Source: Eledone cirrhosa
Lineage: Eukaryota
Length of the DNA: 64,000 nt
Reading direction: 5' to 3'
Assembly: GCA_964016885.1 (NCBI GenBank)
Contig: OZ024742.1
Span: 309,442,001 to 309,506,000, forward strand
Shown piece after piece: positions 25,101-36,044 of the stretch. Within the stretch, counting starts at the first letter, position 1; every line of letters starts with the position of its first letter. The notes under the pieces are model-generated. The model ran no database searches. It saw only the letters and a list, made by a program, of their open reading frames with translations, and was not told the DNA's origin. The position numbers and the translations under genes are program-made.

Positions 25101-28100
25101 ATTTACAGTGAGCACTGGGTGTTTTTTTGTCTTAACGCCTACACGACCACTTTACAGTGTGGGCTGGGCACTTTTTGTCGTGTTACCATCACGACCACTT
25201 TCTACCTTATAATCCATGCCAAAGCGGAATGCACAAGCAAGACACAGTTTTCTGACCTAAGAACGTGACAACACATATATTTTCGATGCAAGCATGGAAA
25301 ATAGATAAAACTGGTAGTGGTGATAGTGAAAAGAAATAATTTTTTTGTTGTTTTTTGCTTAATTGATAAGAATATTTTGATAAAGATATTTTGGACATGT
25401 ATTCAGTATTTTCTGAGATATCAGATTTGACACTCAAAAATAGTAATATATAAATTCTTAGTGATTAGATGGTGGAAATGATAGTGTTACACAAAATATA
25501 GGGTAGATGGTTTAAAAGTAATTCTATCAAAGTGTGTCCCTCATCAGTACAAACACTGCAACACTAAAAGTAAATATGGCAAGAAATCAGAGACTACACA
25601 GAGTGGAGAGGACCTTTAGCTTGCAGTGGACGAGACCTCTACCACAACGAAACACACTGATAGAAAGCACCCAGTACACTGTGTAATGTGGTTGGTGATG
25701 ATTAAATGGAGCATATATGGAGTATAGAGACTCTTAAGTCTGGCTGAGCATATGGCAACTTCTCTAGTTTGGTGCCATGATAAAATGCACCCAGTACACC
25801 GTGTAAAGTCATTAGTGATAGGAAGGGCATCAAGCCATGGAAACCATGCCAAATATGGAACATATGATCAATATAAGGTCTCTAACTTACCTTATGTTGG
25901 ACTATGATAACAAGCCCAACATACACCTGTAAGGCGGGTGAATATAAAATGATAATTATGGGGATGTGTGTGTCAATATTTATCTGAAAATTTGTTAGAT
26001 TTGTGATTATCGTCATTTTATGTCCACTTGAAGGACATCCAGCTAGAAACCAAGCCAAAATACAGATCCATATGAGCAAGACATGGTCACCTGACTTGAA
26101 TTGTCTCATAATGTGGCAACCCATCTAACCCAAGCAAGCGTAAGAAAATAAATGTTAAACAATGATGATGATGATGATTTCCATACTGGTATGAGTTCAA
26201 CGTGTCTGACTTGTTCATATTTGTCTAAATCTGTGATAACTTGTCTTGTAAACATGTTAACTTTGAGAGCAGCACAACTCACATTATATACTAATTTATG
26301 AAATCTTAATCTCACTCCTCTATTGTAGCTATATGTGGATCAGCATCAGAAGAAGTGACTGTAAATGGTAGGCTTGATTCTTTTACAGTTTATGAAAAAC
26401 ATCAAGAAAACATGTTGAGCAATTTTGTAACAGCTTTCCAACTTTCGCCTCCCGTACAAAGAACACGAGTGGTATCTTCAAATTCTAAAGGTTTGGGAAA
26501 TATTTTGTACAATATACAAATTCTAATGTTTTCTTGCAGTCACCTCTATCCACATTTTTCTGTCTCCATGGGTATTTTACCCAATTATACGAATTCTAAC
26601 TTTATAGTAGTATGGCAAATAGAGCAATGGGTTTTATTTAAATGTCACAAGACAAGGAATGTAGTGTTGTTATCCCGCCAAGGTTATCTCTGCTTTTCAT
26701 CCTTACAGAGTCGATAAAATAAAGTACCAGTAACACATTGGGGTTGATTTAATTGACTTTCCTTGCCAAAACATTGTTGGCCTTGTGCCTAAATCAGAAA
26801 CCATTGTTGTGATTGTTATTGTTGATGTTCGTAATGATGAGGATTTTTCTTCATCTATGTCAACCCTGATCAAACTGATGGTGTGTAGATAGTTGGTTAA
26901 ATCATTAGGTGTTTGTCATAGATTCAACACTACACTCCAGGCACACCATGCCTCTCGGTCTAATTGAAAACCAGATTGTGAACTCTGACATTCAGTACTT
27001 GATTATATGAAAGGTGGAGCATCAGACTTCACATAATTATATATATATACAAGGGCATTCAGAAAGTTTTGAGACTTCTTCAGGAGAGACATTTATTAAT
27101 TACAAAGAAATACAAAACTTTAATCTTTTTCAAAATAGGATCCTCTGACTTCAATGCATTTGTTGTAGTATTCCAATCACTTTGTGAAGGCCCTATGGAA
27201 GTCCCTCAAAGTGAAGGTGTCCACAGCCTCCTTCACCTTCTTAATGTCTTCAAAACAACTGCCCCTAAGGTTCTCCTTCAGCTTGGGAAACAACCATATG
27301 TCACAGGAAGCAAGGTTTGAACTGTAGCGAGAGTGAAGGAACAGTTTTGATGCCTATCTCTGTCCTTCCTTCTGTTTGTCACTAAGCACTCTAGGGACAA
27401 ACTTTGCAAACATTGTATATTTATTATTAAGTCTGTCCCTGTATGTCTTAAAAGATACAGGCATGACTTAGTGGTTAAGAAGTTTGTTTTGCAATCATGA
27501 AATACCAGACCAGGTTTGACTTCCATTGCATTGCATTTTAGGCAAGAATCTTTACCATAGCTTCAAGTTCTGAATGAAATTGGAGAAATGGAAAGTATGT
27601 GGAAATATGTAATTAAAAGATCAACCTCATTACATCTAGCCTTTGATCTGCATTTACAGTTTTTGCATAAATTTAAAAATGTCAGTCAGTTATCTTCCAG
27701 TGAGAAGTGAATGTGACTTTTTTGTCAGCCAGGTAGACATAGGCTACTAGAGTTATTTGGTTTGTCCACAGTTTTTACACAAAGGCTATTGAATAATCAA
27801 TATTTTGTTTTATATAATTCTAGATGTGACAGAATTTTTGTCTGAAGCTGACCTCTCTACATCAAAGTCCATTCTTTATAGTGACCAGAGGCCTATCTTA
27901 ACACAACATCCCACTTTGGACTCTCCAACTAGTGACCAGAGGCCTGTTGAAACTCAACATCCCACTTCGGACACTTCAACTATACCAAATAAACATACTG
28001 TTGAAACAATTTTACCAGGACAAATTCCAAAAGTGTATCCCACTCAGAATAACACTGCCGCTGTGTCTTTGGAACTGCCAAACTTAGCAAATGTGCCGGT

Positions 28101-30693
28101 TTTTCAGTCAGTCTCACCTGATATTCCCAAAGAAGATGACTGTCCTTCACCTGAAATAGAAAGCAAATCTTTTCTTGCTAGCCAAATTGAAGAACTAAAC
28201 AAGCAACATGAAGAAGCAGAAAGACTTTTGCAGAAATTTCTTCAGACTGGGAAAGAACAGGAAGAACTGTTGAAAGTTGGAGGAGAATGTGAACAACAAT
28301 CTCAGACTGAGTTCCAGACTGCACAAGGAATTGATGTATTTCCAATATTGCAATCATCCAACCTAATCTCAAACGTAGAGCATCAGCAAACTCTGCAACA
28401 ACTAAGAACTAACTCAGCAAGCATGTTTCATGGTGTATGTATATAGATTTCAATCTTTGGCAATGTTATTCTTAATATTTATACATTAATTTTCCGTGTT
28501 ATATTTCTACTGCTATCATCATCGTCATCATTTAACATCCATTTTCCCTGCTAGCATGTATTTTTGAACACCCTTCTTCCTCACTGAAAGGGTTTATCTA
28601 TCAATCTTCTCTTCACCCATGCTACCCCTGTCCGCTTCCTTCCTACCTAGAATTCCTTCGCTGTTCATGCCTTTGCTACAGGGGTTGACTTATATCAGTT
28701 TAAGTAGAAACATCACTGCTCTCAATTTCTCTTATCTCAGAGACCCAGTGAAATCTACAAGCATTGCCTCTTTCTTCAGACATAACAAAAATAAAATAAA
28801 ATGTGATAGAAATGCTACTTGAAACTTGAAGAATACTATTGTATCAGATATTTTATTGTGGAATAGACATGTTAGTTGAATATGACAGCAAACATAGGAA
28901 ACCTGTCAAACAAATGGCTTACAGGACTCTTCAGTTGTGTCAGAGACATGACCACCTCCTTAGTGATGGTGCCATGAAAATACACAGGGCACTCTTTAGA
29001 AAGAGGAGTGTGGGAACATATATAAATGAGATACAACCCTTCAGTTGTGTTAAGGATATAACATCCTCTCTAGTGTTGGTAATCTATATGATAAATATAC
29101 TGAGTACATGCTGCAAAGTAGTTGGTGACAGGAAGGGCATCTCGCCATAGAAAGCTTGCCAAACAAAGGGTTGATAACCTCTCCTGAGCACTTGGTAGAA
29201 CATGAGATCCCTGGTCTGTCTGGGAGGTCAGTATCCTCGCTTCAGTACTAACATGATCTTGTAGACTCGTCCAACCCTTGCTAGGAGTGACGGCAGACGT
29301 CAAATGGTGATGATGAAAAATATTGCTGTTAATTAGGTACTAAAATATACTAAACTTTGCTCAGCTATTTAGATTTACAGCTAGACATGGCATCTGTCAT
29401 CAATTTACGTCCGCTTTCCCCTGGTTGCAAGGGTTGGACGGGTCCTATTCAGCACAGCATCTCTCCACTTGTCACGGTTCCTCATCATCTCCTCGGTGAG
29501 TTTCAGCGATCTGAGGTCTGCTCTCACCACCTCTGCCCATGTTTTTCGTGGTCTACCTCTACTCCGCCTTCCTTCTACTGGGATTTCTTGGCACTTCTTT
29601 ACCCGGCAGTCATCCTCCATGTGCATCACATGTCCATACCATCTCAGCCTTCTCTCCCGCACCTCTTATACCCAGTTTCTTTCTCAACTTGTCTATGCTT
29701 GATCGTTCACGCACATTGACATTGCACATCCAACAGAGCATACTTGCTTCATTTCTCTCCAGCCATCGCATATCCTCTGCAGTTGCTGCCCATGTCTCAC
29801 TACCATGTATAGTATACATATCATTATTATTGTTATCAGCATCATTATTATTACTAGCCTAGTACCTCTCAAAAAATGACAGGATGCAAATAGAAAATAT
29901 TCTCTTATTCTTTGCCTACTTATTCCTGAGAGGGTCGTGGGGGCTGAGTCCTCAAACACTCCTTCCAGCGGGTCCTGTCAGAAACAGCCATCTCCAACTG
30001 ATCCGGCTGGATCCCCAAGCATGACCAGCCAATCTCATAGATGTTAACCAACCATCTTGCTTGAGGTCTACCCCTGGGTCTCCTGCTGGTTGGTTTTTGC
30101 CTGTAAAATCTGTCCAGCAATTCTTTACTAATTTAATAATTCCTTGTTTACAACATTCAATGTGAAAATGCTTGAATCCCCAAATTTTCCTTGACTTTTC
30201 TCATTTTCAATCTTGCTCCACCAATGCTTTAGCCATTGTAGCATCTGGATGGTTAATAGATTCCTTTATTACTATTGTTGTAATTTTCCAAATATAGATA
30301 GATTGATAGGTAGACAGGTAGGTAGGTCATAGATAAATGTTCTGCTGCTGTGCTGCCCTCTAACCCATTACATCAGAGGTCTCCAACCGCCCGAGCCATG
30401 GACCAATACCAGTCCATGAATCATTTGTTACTGGTCTGCAAAGAAATAATTAACTTGTTTTTAAAATTATGTAATAGGTAAATTGAATATTAAACTTTAA
30501 TTTAAATATTCAATATTCATCTACTTTAATAAATTGTTGTTTTTATTATTGTTTTCTTTATCGAAATACACTTTAACACATATGTGCAACTACCAGTCTG
30601 CAGAAAGATTGTGTCCGGCATGAAGCCGGTCCGTCGTATAAAAAAGGTTGGAGACCACTGCTCTACATGGTTGTTGTTATTACACACGCACGA

Positions 30694-30745
<52 letters not shown>

Positions 30746-31459
30746 CTGCAGAATATATCTATAGATTATTCACAAACACTATATGTATAGACAGATATAA
30801 ACATCTTGTCTGTATATAATATCCCAAGGCCAGGCTAGGTTTGACATCTTAACTGCAGCTTAGTACCTTCTTTAACTATCGATTGAGATATAACAGTGTA
30901 GTAGTGAAACAAAACGCTAGTAACATAGCAATATCACTGGTCAACAAAACTTTGCTTTTTTTCTGCTGACCTAAGTTTGAGACCTGTTCTTGAGTAATTT
31001 GGGGCTGCTGAGTTTAAAAATGGCAATACTTTTCTTTTATCACATCAAGTTTTCACTTGAACATCTAGGAGGATATACAAAATATCCACATTTCTTGTGT
31101 TTATGGGATAGCTGAGCAAACATGAAAACCTGATGTGTTAGGAAAAAATGGATGCCATATTTGAAATCAGTACCTCAAAATTAGCTAAAAACAACGACAA
31201 AACCTAAGTCAGCAAAATGTGTGTTGACTAGTTTTATTTATTAATTGAAGTAACCTTTTATATGCAAATCATGTAATATAAGTGTTTTAAGGCCATCTTT
31301 GTTTGGCAGGTTTTCTATAGCTGGATGCCCTCTCTATTACCAACTACTTTACAGAGTGTGCTTGGTGATCTTTTAAAAAAATATTGTAATACTGTCATTT
31401 ATCTCTTGCAGGTATCTCCAGCAATATCACCTATCTTTGGTGAGGAAGATTTGGACTAA
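4704..31459 (+). CDS. SPICE1: Spindle and centriole-associated protein 1 (SPICE1/CCDC52) orthologue; 16 coding exons, about 799 aa
   Basis: Join 4704-4784, 6742-6789, 7894-7972, 11031-11110, 13927-13998, 14845-14909, 15998-16098, 17288-17458, 19788-19999, 20502-20648, 22431-22523, 22827-22919, 24235-24571, 26329-26490, 27824-28434, 31412-31459 gives 2400 nt in one open frame, all GT-AG. Colinear similarity to human SPICE1 as recalled: WD-GTMTDLSVYKPRPEEL ~ WDNTVTDLTVHRATPEDL; LAIMKEIL ~ LSIMKEIL; FSGYTMSLCQTVIKLCRYLRE ~ [39 protein letters not shown] ~ RIAELNRQSMEA; VSPAISPI ~ LSPPMSPV. Confidence 0.9.
6156..6386 (-). mobile_element. tRNA-derived SINE family B with (TTA)n tail
   Basis: GAGTTCAAATC B-box; the body recurs many times in the window. 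Confidence 0.85.
6742..6789 (+). CDS. SPICE1: SPICE1 coding exon 2 (GTMTDLSVYKPRPEEL)
   Basis: ttttcag acceptor, gtaagt donor, 48 nt, phase 0/0, conserved motif. Confidence 0.9.
7218..7445. mobile_element. piggyBac-type MITE (TTAA|CCC...GGG|TTAA)
   Basis: TIRs and TTAA TSD; about 12 copies in the window. Confidence 0.85.
7894..7972 (+). CDS. SPICE1: SPICE1 coding exon 3 (MYRKKIHQSKHLP...)
   Basis: cag acceptor; RKKIHQSK ~ RHEIHKSK; donor gttcgt chosen because phase 1 is required by the next exon. Confidence 0.75.
8203..8975. mobile_element. Two family-A SINEs arranged tail-to-tail
   Basis: + copy 8203-8644 ends in (GAT)n and is directly followed by (CAT)n and a reverse copy. Confidence 0.85.
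8976..9918. repeat. Long inverted repeat: arms 8976-9228 and 9649-9918, 420-bp spacer
   Basis: Arms are near-exact reverse complements; the ORF track shows the same peptide on both strands. Confidence 0.95.
11031..11110 (+). CDS. SPICE1: SPICE1 coding exon 4 (...RQLAIMKEILYDEDQ)
   Basis: ttttaatcag acceptor, gtatgt donor, conserved IMKEIL. Confidence 0.85.
11201..11411. mobile_element. piggyBac-type MITE
   Basis: TTAA TSD, TIR ccYtttagcattt. Confidence 0.85.
11612..13725 (-). mobile_element. Degenerate RTE LINE (family A): AP endonuclease plus RT, with an internal deletion
   Basis: AYAPQ, GDFN, SQIDFLLV, HRLVV (APE); KAAGPSGI, QFGFVP, YADD (RT); stops and frameshifts. Confidence 0.95.
13927..13998 (+). 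CDS. SPICE1: SPICE1 coding exon 5 (LKTVLEYSDRMMNKVADLCGDHPK)
   Basis: ttttag acceptor, AAG|gtagaa donor, VLE.SD motif. Confidence 0.85.
14845..14909 (+). CDS. SPICE1: SPICE1 coding exon 6 (RYQAFPSVTAAPNADTGVISK)
   Basis: cag acceptor, gtgagt donor, FPSVTAAP ~ FPNVTVAP. Confidence 0.88.
14950..15110. repeat. (CAC/CAT/CAA)n low-complexity tract
   Basis: Degenerate triplet repeat. Confidence 0.85.
15120..15560 (+). mobile_element. L1/Tx1-clade LINE 3' fragment
   Basis: CPRC...ETILHALVKC CCHC knuckle typical of the L1/Tx1 ORF2 C-terminus. Confidence 0.7.
15998..16098 (+). CDS. SPICE1: SPICE1 coding exon 7 (...LSSSLMDLSALNDD...)
   Basis: Phase 2/1 fit with neighbours, ALND motif. Confidence 0.8.
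17288..17458 (+). CDS. SPICE1: SPICE1 coding exon 8 (...DMEQFRKLLETEEKN...)
   Basis: Lies within ORF 17269-17547; phase 1/1; similar to DRFLQQLTEEN. Confidence 0.75.
17536..17739. mobile_element. piggyBac-type MITE
   Basis: Same family as 11201-11411. Confidence 0.85.
19788..19999 (+). CDS. SPICE1: SPICE1 coding exon 9 (...AVNDTTKVNKVRRVL...LKDLKK)
   Basis: tttccag acceptor; lies within ORF 19772-20014; similar to ALNATNAVKRLQTRL. Confidence 0.85.
20502..20648 (+). CDS. SPICE1: SPICE1 coding exon 10 (VLEEMQREMVIYEENTG...LCRYLRE)
   Basis: tttttag acceptor, gtaagt donor, most conserved block. Confidence 0.92.
20684..20762. mobile_element. About 80-bp Tc1/mariner-type hairpin MITE
   Basis: TA-flanked, tgtcccccaaaaatgtata / tatacatttttgggggaca TIRs. 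Confidence 0.8.
21250..21420 (-). mobile_element. Penelope-like terminal fragment with a minimal hammerhead ribozyme core
   Basis: - strand CTT-CTGATGA-A-GGAC-TAGT-GTCC-GAAAC-ATA-AAG at 21364-21331. Confidence 0.6.
22431..22523 (+). CDS. SPICE1: SPICE1 coding exon 11 (coiled coil, ...LLIDALTL)
   Basis: ttttcag acceptor, gtaaag donor, 93 nt, LIDALT. Confidence 0.9.
22827..22919 (+). CDS. SPICE1: SPICE1 coding exon 12 (coiled coil, NLIETQDKY...IASLK)
   Basis: tttcag acceptor, gtatgt donor, 93 nt, phase 0/0. Confidence 0.87.
24235..24571 (+). CDS. SPICE1: SPICE1 coding exon 13 (Gln-rich)
   Basis: Poly-T and ccag acceptor; lies within ORF 24118-24621; donor gtacaa inferred from phase. Confidence 0.72.
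26329..26490 (+). CDS. SPICE1: SPICE1 coding exon 14 (...AFQLSPPVQRTR...)
   Basis: ttgtag acceptor, AAG|gtttgg donor; similar to AVLLTPPRQKS. Confidence 0.8.
27050..27355 (-). mobile_element. Mariner transposon 3' fragment
   Basis: - strand KCIEVRGSYFEKD* mariner C-terminal motif next to a TA-flanked TIR. Confidence 0.75.
27824..28434 (+). CDS. SPICE1: SPICE1 coding exon 15 (includes C-terminal coiled coil [16 protein letters not shown])
   Basis: Lies within ORF 27805-28446; tag acceptor, gtatgt donor. Confidence 0.85.
29395..29808 (-). mobile_element. 3' end of RTE LINE family A
   Basis: RRLRWYGHV...GRPRKTW motif; overlaps nearly identically with 11615-11706. Confidence 0.9.
30374..30660. 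mobile_element. hAT-type MITE
   Basis: TIR cagWggtctccaacc / ggttggagaccactg; imperfect 8-bp TSD cattacat/ctctacat. Confidence 0.8.
30935..31232. mobile_element. Old TIR element (MITE)
   Basis: actggtcaaca...gctgacctaag / ctaagtcagc...tgttgactagt imperfect inverted ends. Confidence 0.55.
31412..31459 (+). CDS. SPICE1: SPICE1 coding exon 16 (VSPAISPIFGEEDLD*)
   Basis: cttgcag acceptor, SP..SP motif, TAA stop; the exon continues to a gtgagt donor at 31476. Confidence 0.8.
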   Translation, partial: VSPAISPIFGEEDLD

Positions 31460-31759
31460 GCTGTTTAATTACTTGGTGAGTTCTCTTTCAAAGTCTAATG
31501 TTCACTTCACTCTTACCCCCTGGTCAGATTCATTGAGCAGACATGATCAAATGGGTTTTAATCTTTTTTTTAAACAGTAGGATGTTACTTAAAAAGTTAT
31601 ATTGAAATATAGTCGCCACATTGCAGATAACTTTAAATAATAATTGAATAAATCAGGTAGAGTACTCCATGAGATAAAACGTAGGAAAAAAATAAAACAC
31701 TATATTATTATATTTCATCATACGCATTGTCTCGGCTTTTAATTAACTTAAAATTTTAA

Positions 31760-32630
31760 TACAGGTTACATCAAATTTTTGAGGACACCTCTTTCTTCTA
31801 ATTAATTGGTTTTTTTTAATTGTTCAGATAAATAATACCAGACATTAGATTGACACAGCAAATGAAAAAACACGCTGTGATTGTTGCTTTAAAAGCACGG
31901 CATAGTGATACAGCGATAGCTTCTTTCTTGAAAGTTGCCCGATCTTTCGTTGTTAAAGTTAAACAGGATCTGGAAGCTGTTGACGGAGATCCAAAATCAG
32001 CAACCAAGCACAAAAATGCATGCTCAAGGTTCTAATACAATCAGTATGCCTAAGTTTATAAAAAAAAGTTTTAAAATTAATCAATAAAACCCCAAGAAAG
32101 TCAATCAGAGCTATTGCAAAAGACCTTAAAGTTTCAGAATGTACCATCAGAAGAGTTGTCCTTGAAGACAGGTCGTTTGTGATATGGAGAGGCCAGTTTA
32201 TGTCAGATGTGACAAAAGATAATCATTTAGCCCATGCAAAGCGCTTACTGAATAAAATAAAGATCAAATAGCTGGAATGCTTTAGATCTTTTCTGATGAG
32301 AAAATCTTTGATCAGGACCAAAATGTAACCTGAAGGAACGATCGTGCACACCAAATTTCCAGTGACTGATGGTTCAGCAACGAGGGAGATGTCATGCCTC
32401 CTCATTTTTTCTCGGAGCTTAAGAGTCAATGCTGCTGTCTACAAAGAGGTGTTAAAGACAGTTGTGAAGCTCTGGATAAACAGAGTAAGCAACAGAAGAC
32501 CATTCATCTTCCAACAAGACTCTGTGCCCTTTCATAAGACCAGAGGGGCACAAGCACGGATGTGTGACAATCTACTATGACCACATTCTTCCAGACACGT
32601 GACTTCCTAGCTCACCAGACCTCAATAACA
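31760..32630 (+). pseudogene. Degenerate Tc1/mariner-superfamily transposase (maT/DD37D-like)
   Basis: HTH-like N-terminus, SDEKIF, FQQDSVPFH, SSPDLN motifs; multiple stops and frameshifts. Confidence 0.85.
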
Positions 32631-33019
32631 AGACTCACTATTTAGCCTTAATAAAATGAATATTTAAGCTCTACTTCGGTATTGAGTACTCTTTTCTCTC
32701 AGCTGTTAACCACATAGGGATATATATATAAAGGGCTGAAAAGACCCTTCAGTTGTCAAAGACACAAAAACCTGTCTAGTGTTGGTGATCTACATGAGAA
32801 ATGCACCCAGTACTTATTTCACTTTCAGCTTCGAACAACTTCAGCTTATTCATAGGATAAAATTTGACCTGCGGTTTCTTCAACTAGAATTTCTGGCATG
32901 AAAAAGAATCTTAAACTGCTTCATTGATGAAAGTCTTTTAAATGAAATACTGTCTTATGTCATCATACACATTTACTTGGTTTCTATGTCATTTTAAATT
33001 TTAATATTTATATTTTCAG

Positions 33020-34075
33020 GTACCGCTGGAAGTAGTCCTCTTAGCATTTACATTATTATACTATTATACTTTCATGGTAAAGGCTTTATCTCACATAATA
33101 TGGAATCTATATAATATGAGATTTTGATGATGTTATTATTTATTTTGAGAACAATACCTTAATGTCAGTATGAGTGACCAGTTATGGCCGGTTTCAACAG
33201 AAAGAGGTGAGAGATTTCTGGCTGGATATGGCCGGTTTAAATACTAAAGGGTTAAGGACTCTGCCCCCAAGATCCTCTTAGGAATAAGTAGGCGAAGAGG
33301 AAGAAGTGAACCATGTGAAACCAAAATTGCCAAGAATCTGTCCAATTAACCAAGAAGAAACAGATATCTCTTCTGTATTAATTCCCAGCTGTTTCATTAT
33401 CTATTTGTATTATATTGTTTGTAATCTGTGATTTGTTTTGGTCTTCTTATTCATTTTTAAATCAGGCAGCAGTGGTGGTGGTGGTGGTTGTGATGGTGAT
33501 GATAGTGGTAGTTGTGATGGTGGCAGTGGCGGTTATTGTGATAGTGGTGGTGATGATGATAGCATGGAGTGGGGAGTAGAAACCTTGCAGCATCTGGTTG
33601 AATGTTTATCAGCTTTCAGTTGTGTTCTTTTGTTTTGAATTCAAATCCCATTGTTTTTCCTTGATGTGTGTGTTTTGTATATTGTGGATGGAAGTGTGTA
33701 TGTATCTATGTGACTCTGAAATGTTTATCTCTGAAGAGAGGAGAACTGCAGATGCATCCTGATAGCTGGCATGTAAGGTACTTCTTATTACCAAGTCAGC
33801 AGATGATCTGTCAGAATACTTATTTGCTGATCTGAAGTCGAATTCCAGTTTAACTCCAAAGTCCTCCCATGTCTTAACTTATAAAAAAAAAATGTTGAAT
33901 TATATATTCTACAGTAACCTATAATCTGTTGTGTATGCTGTGAAATCAACTGAACTGTCTGATATAATTTTCTTTGAATTGTGCATAAATAACACAATCA
34001 TATTTTTTTTATTTGATATTCATACTTGCATTAACTTTAAATGTTTCTCTGAAATAAATAGAATCTAGAATTAAT
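33020..34075 (+). other. Probable non-coding terminal (3' UTR) exon of SPICE1
   Basis: tattttcag acceptor ending at 33019 pairs with the donor at 31476; AATAAA at 34053-34058 is followed by GT-rich sequence. Confidence 0.5.
33041..33255. mobile_element. piggyBac-type MITE, reverse orientation, inside the predicted SPICE1 3' UTR
   Basis: Same family; right end ggg|ttaa. Confidence 0.8.
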
Positions 34076-36044
34076 AGTGTGTATTTATGAGCAAAAGAAG
34101 GGAGACAACTTCGGAATCAGTCACACACATATGCACCCAGGTCTGAACACTCAAACTCTCACTGTTGCCGCCTCTGTCTCTCCCATCTCTCGTTATTATG
34201 AGCAAATGGGGGCCCATGCGCTTGCCACCCCGGCAGACAGAATAGAGAAGGTATTTCCCCCAAAAAATGTTGTCCTCTTCAATATACTTGCATGTTCCAC
34301 AACAAAGGTCACCACTTGTAATTGGTCTTTATATATATTAAATTTACAGTTCCTCTTTGCAATATTGGATTGTGCTGATTGTCATAGGCAGGTTTTTGAA
34401 CATTTAATGATTATGGAATAAAATTAAAATAAAACATTTATGCTGGCATGGTCCCATAACTCCTGAGGGAGTCGTAGGGGTGCCATAGTGACATACGGCA
34501 TTTCTAGGGCATTTTAAAACCTGGTGGAGCCCAATCCTCTCCAGGTCTGAATACAGCAGAATCCTTCCAGAGAAGGATAACGAGTGAGAGAATGGAGGTG
34601 AAAAAGATAATGTAGATGAAGAATTGACCCAGTACTTTTTTTATCGACCTCGAATGGATGAAAGGCAAAGTTGACCTCAGCGGAATATGAACTCAGAAAG
34701 CTGAAACAAATACTGCAAGGCATTCTGTCCGATTTTCTAATGACTCAAAGCATTTATATGGTGCCATAATCTATCAAAATGAAAAGATGTTCTTAGATGC
34801 CCTAATCATTCATTTATACATATAACCCTAAGAATCTGAAAGAAATTCACTGATATAAAATCTGACACAGAGGCTGCAGTTCATACAGAGAGAAGAAGCT
34901 TATTCTAGAGAGTTAAAGGTGGCTGTGATTATCGTAGCCTTTCGTTCTTGTGTTTAATACCATGAGAGGTTCATTATCACATGATCTCAATGACACTGGG
35001 TGATTTTTTTTTTTTTTTTTTTCTTTCACAGATCAGTTCACCAATGTATTGAAGAGCAAGTTCATTTACACCTGGGAGTATCAGGAAGTCAGTGTAGAAC
35101 CCTAATATGCTCAAAGATATAGTCATATTTCTTTCTACTCACAATTATCCTAGTTGCAGTATTCTGAATCGGTTATAATATTCTGTACACATGTCTAGTT
35201 AGGCCATAGGGTAACATATTTCCATTGTCCAGCTGTGCTGCTGATGAAGATATGCACTAATGCTTTAGTCACCGAGTTTAGGTATTTTCTAACCATGTCT
35301 ATGTTCCTTACCCATCTTCTCTTTCGCACGGACGAAGCATACAACTAGTATGCACCTCTTAACCACTATCCCCCCTCCCCCTTCCATGCTTAACACCCCA
35401 CCCACATCTGATCACACCACCCTTACACTGTAAAGATGTGTTGGTATCACAGCAAAAAGTATCCATCCCACTGTAAAGTGGTTATGTAGATATCACAACA
35501 AAAACCACCCAGCCCACACTGTAAAGTGGTTGTGTAGATGTGATGGCAAAAAGCTTCCAGCCCACACTGTGAAGTGGTCATTTAGGTGTCATGACAAAAA
35601 GCACCCAGTGTAAATGTGGTTGGCATTAGGAGGGGCATCCAGCCATAGAAAACCAAGCCAGAAACAGTTCTGTATGAGCAAAACACAGTCACCTGATCCG
35701 AATTGCCTCAAATGGGACAACCCATGCTAGCGTGGAAAATAGACATTAAATGATGATGATGATTTCATGCGTTTGTCAAAAATGTCTCCCTATGTTTCTG
35801 TCTTCTTTGCTGAGACATCACAGTTACCAATATATAGAGATGTCATATTTTCATTCTCTCTAGCTTCTTACATGTAAGCAGAACTTCTATCTGAGTGTTC
35901 CCTCTTTTATGAGGTTTTTGTTTCAAAGTTGTATTACTTTTGAGATGGATATGTCAGTTACATTTAGTGTATCAAACATTAGCTTTACAGCCATCAGATC
36001 TTCAGCTTGTTAAAATTGAAGATCCTCATCTTTACTTTCTCTTA

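Noticed and set aside
29705-29808. Near-identity with 11615-11706, suggesting one LINE split by rearrangement
   Set aside because: The two pieces overlap in element coordinates and SPICE1 exon order is intact; they are independent copies of one family
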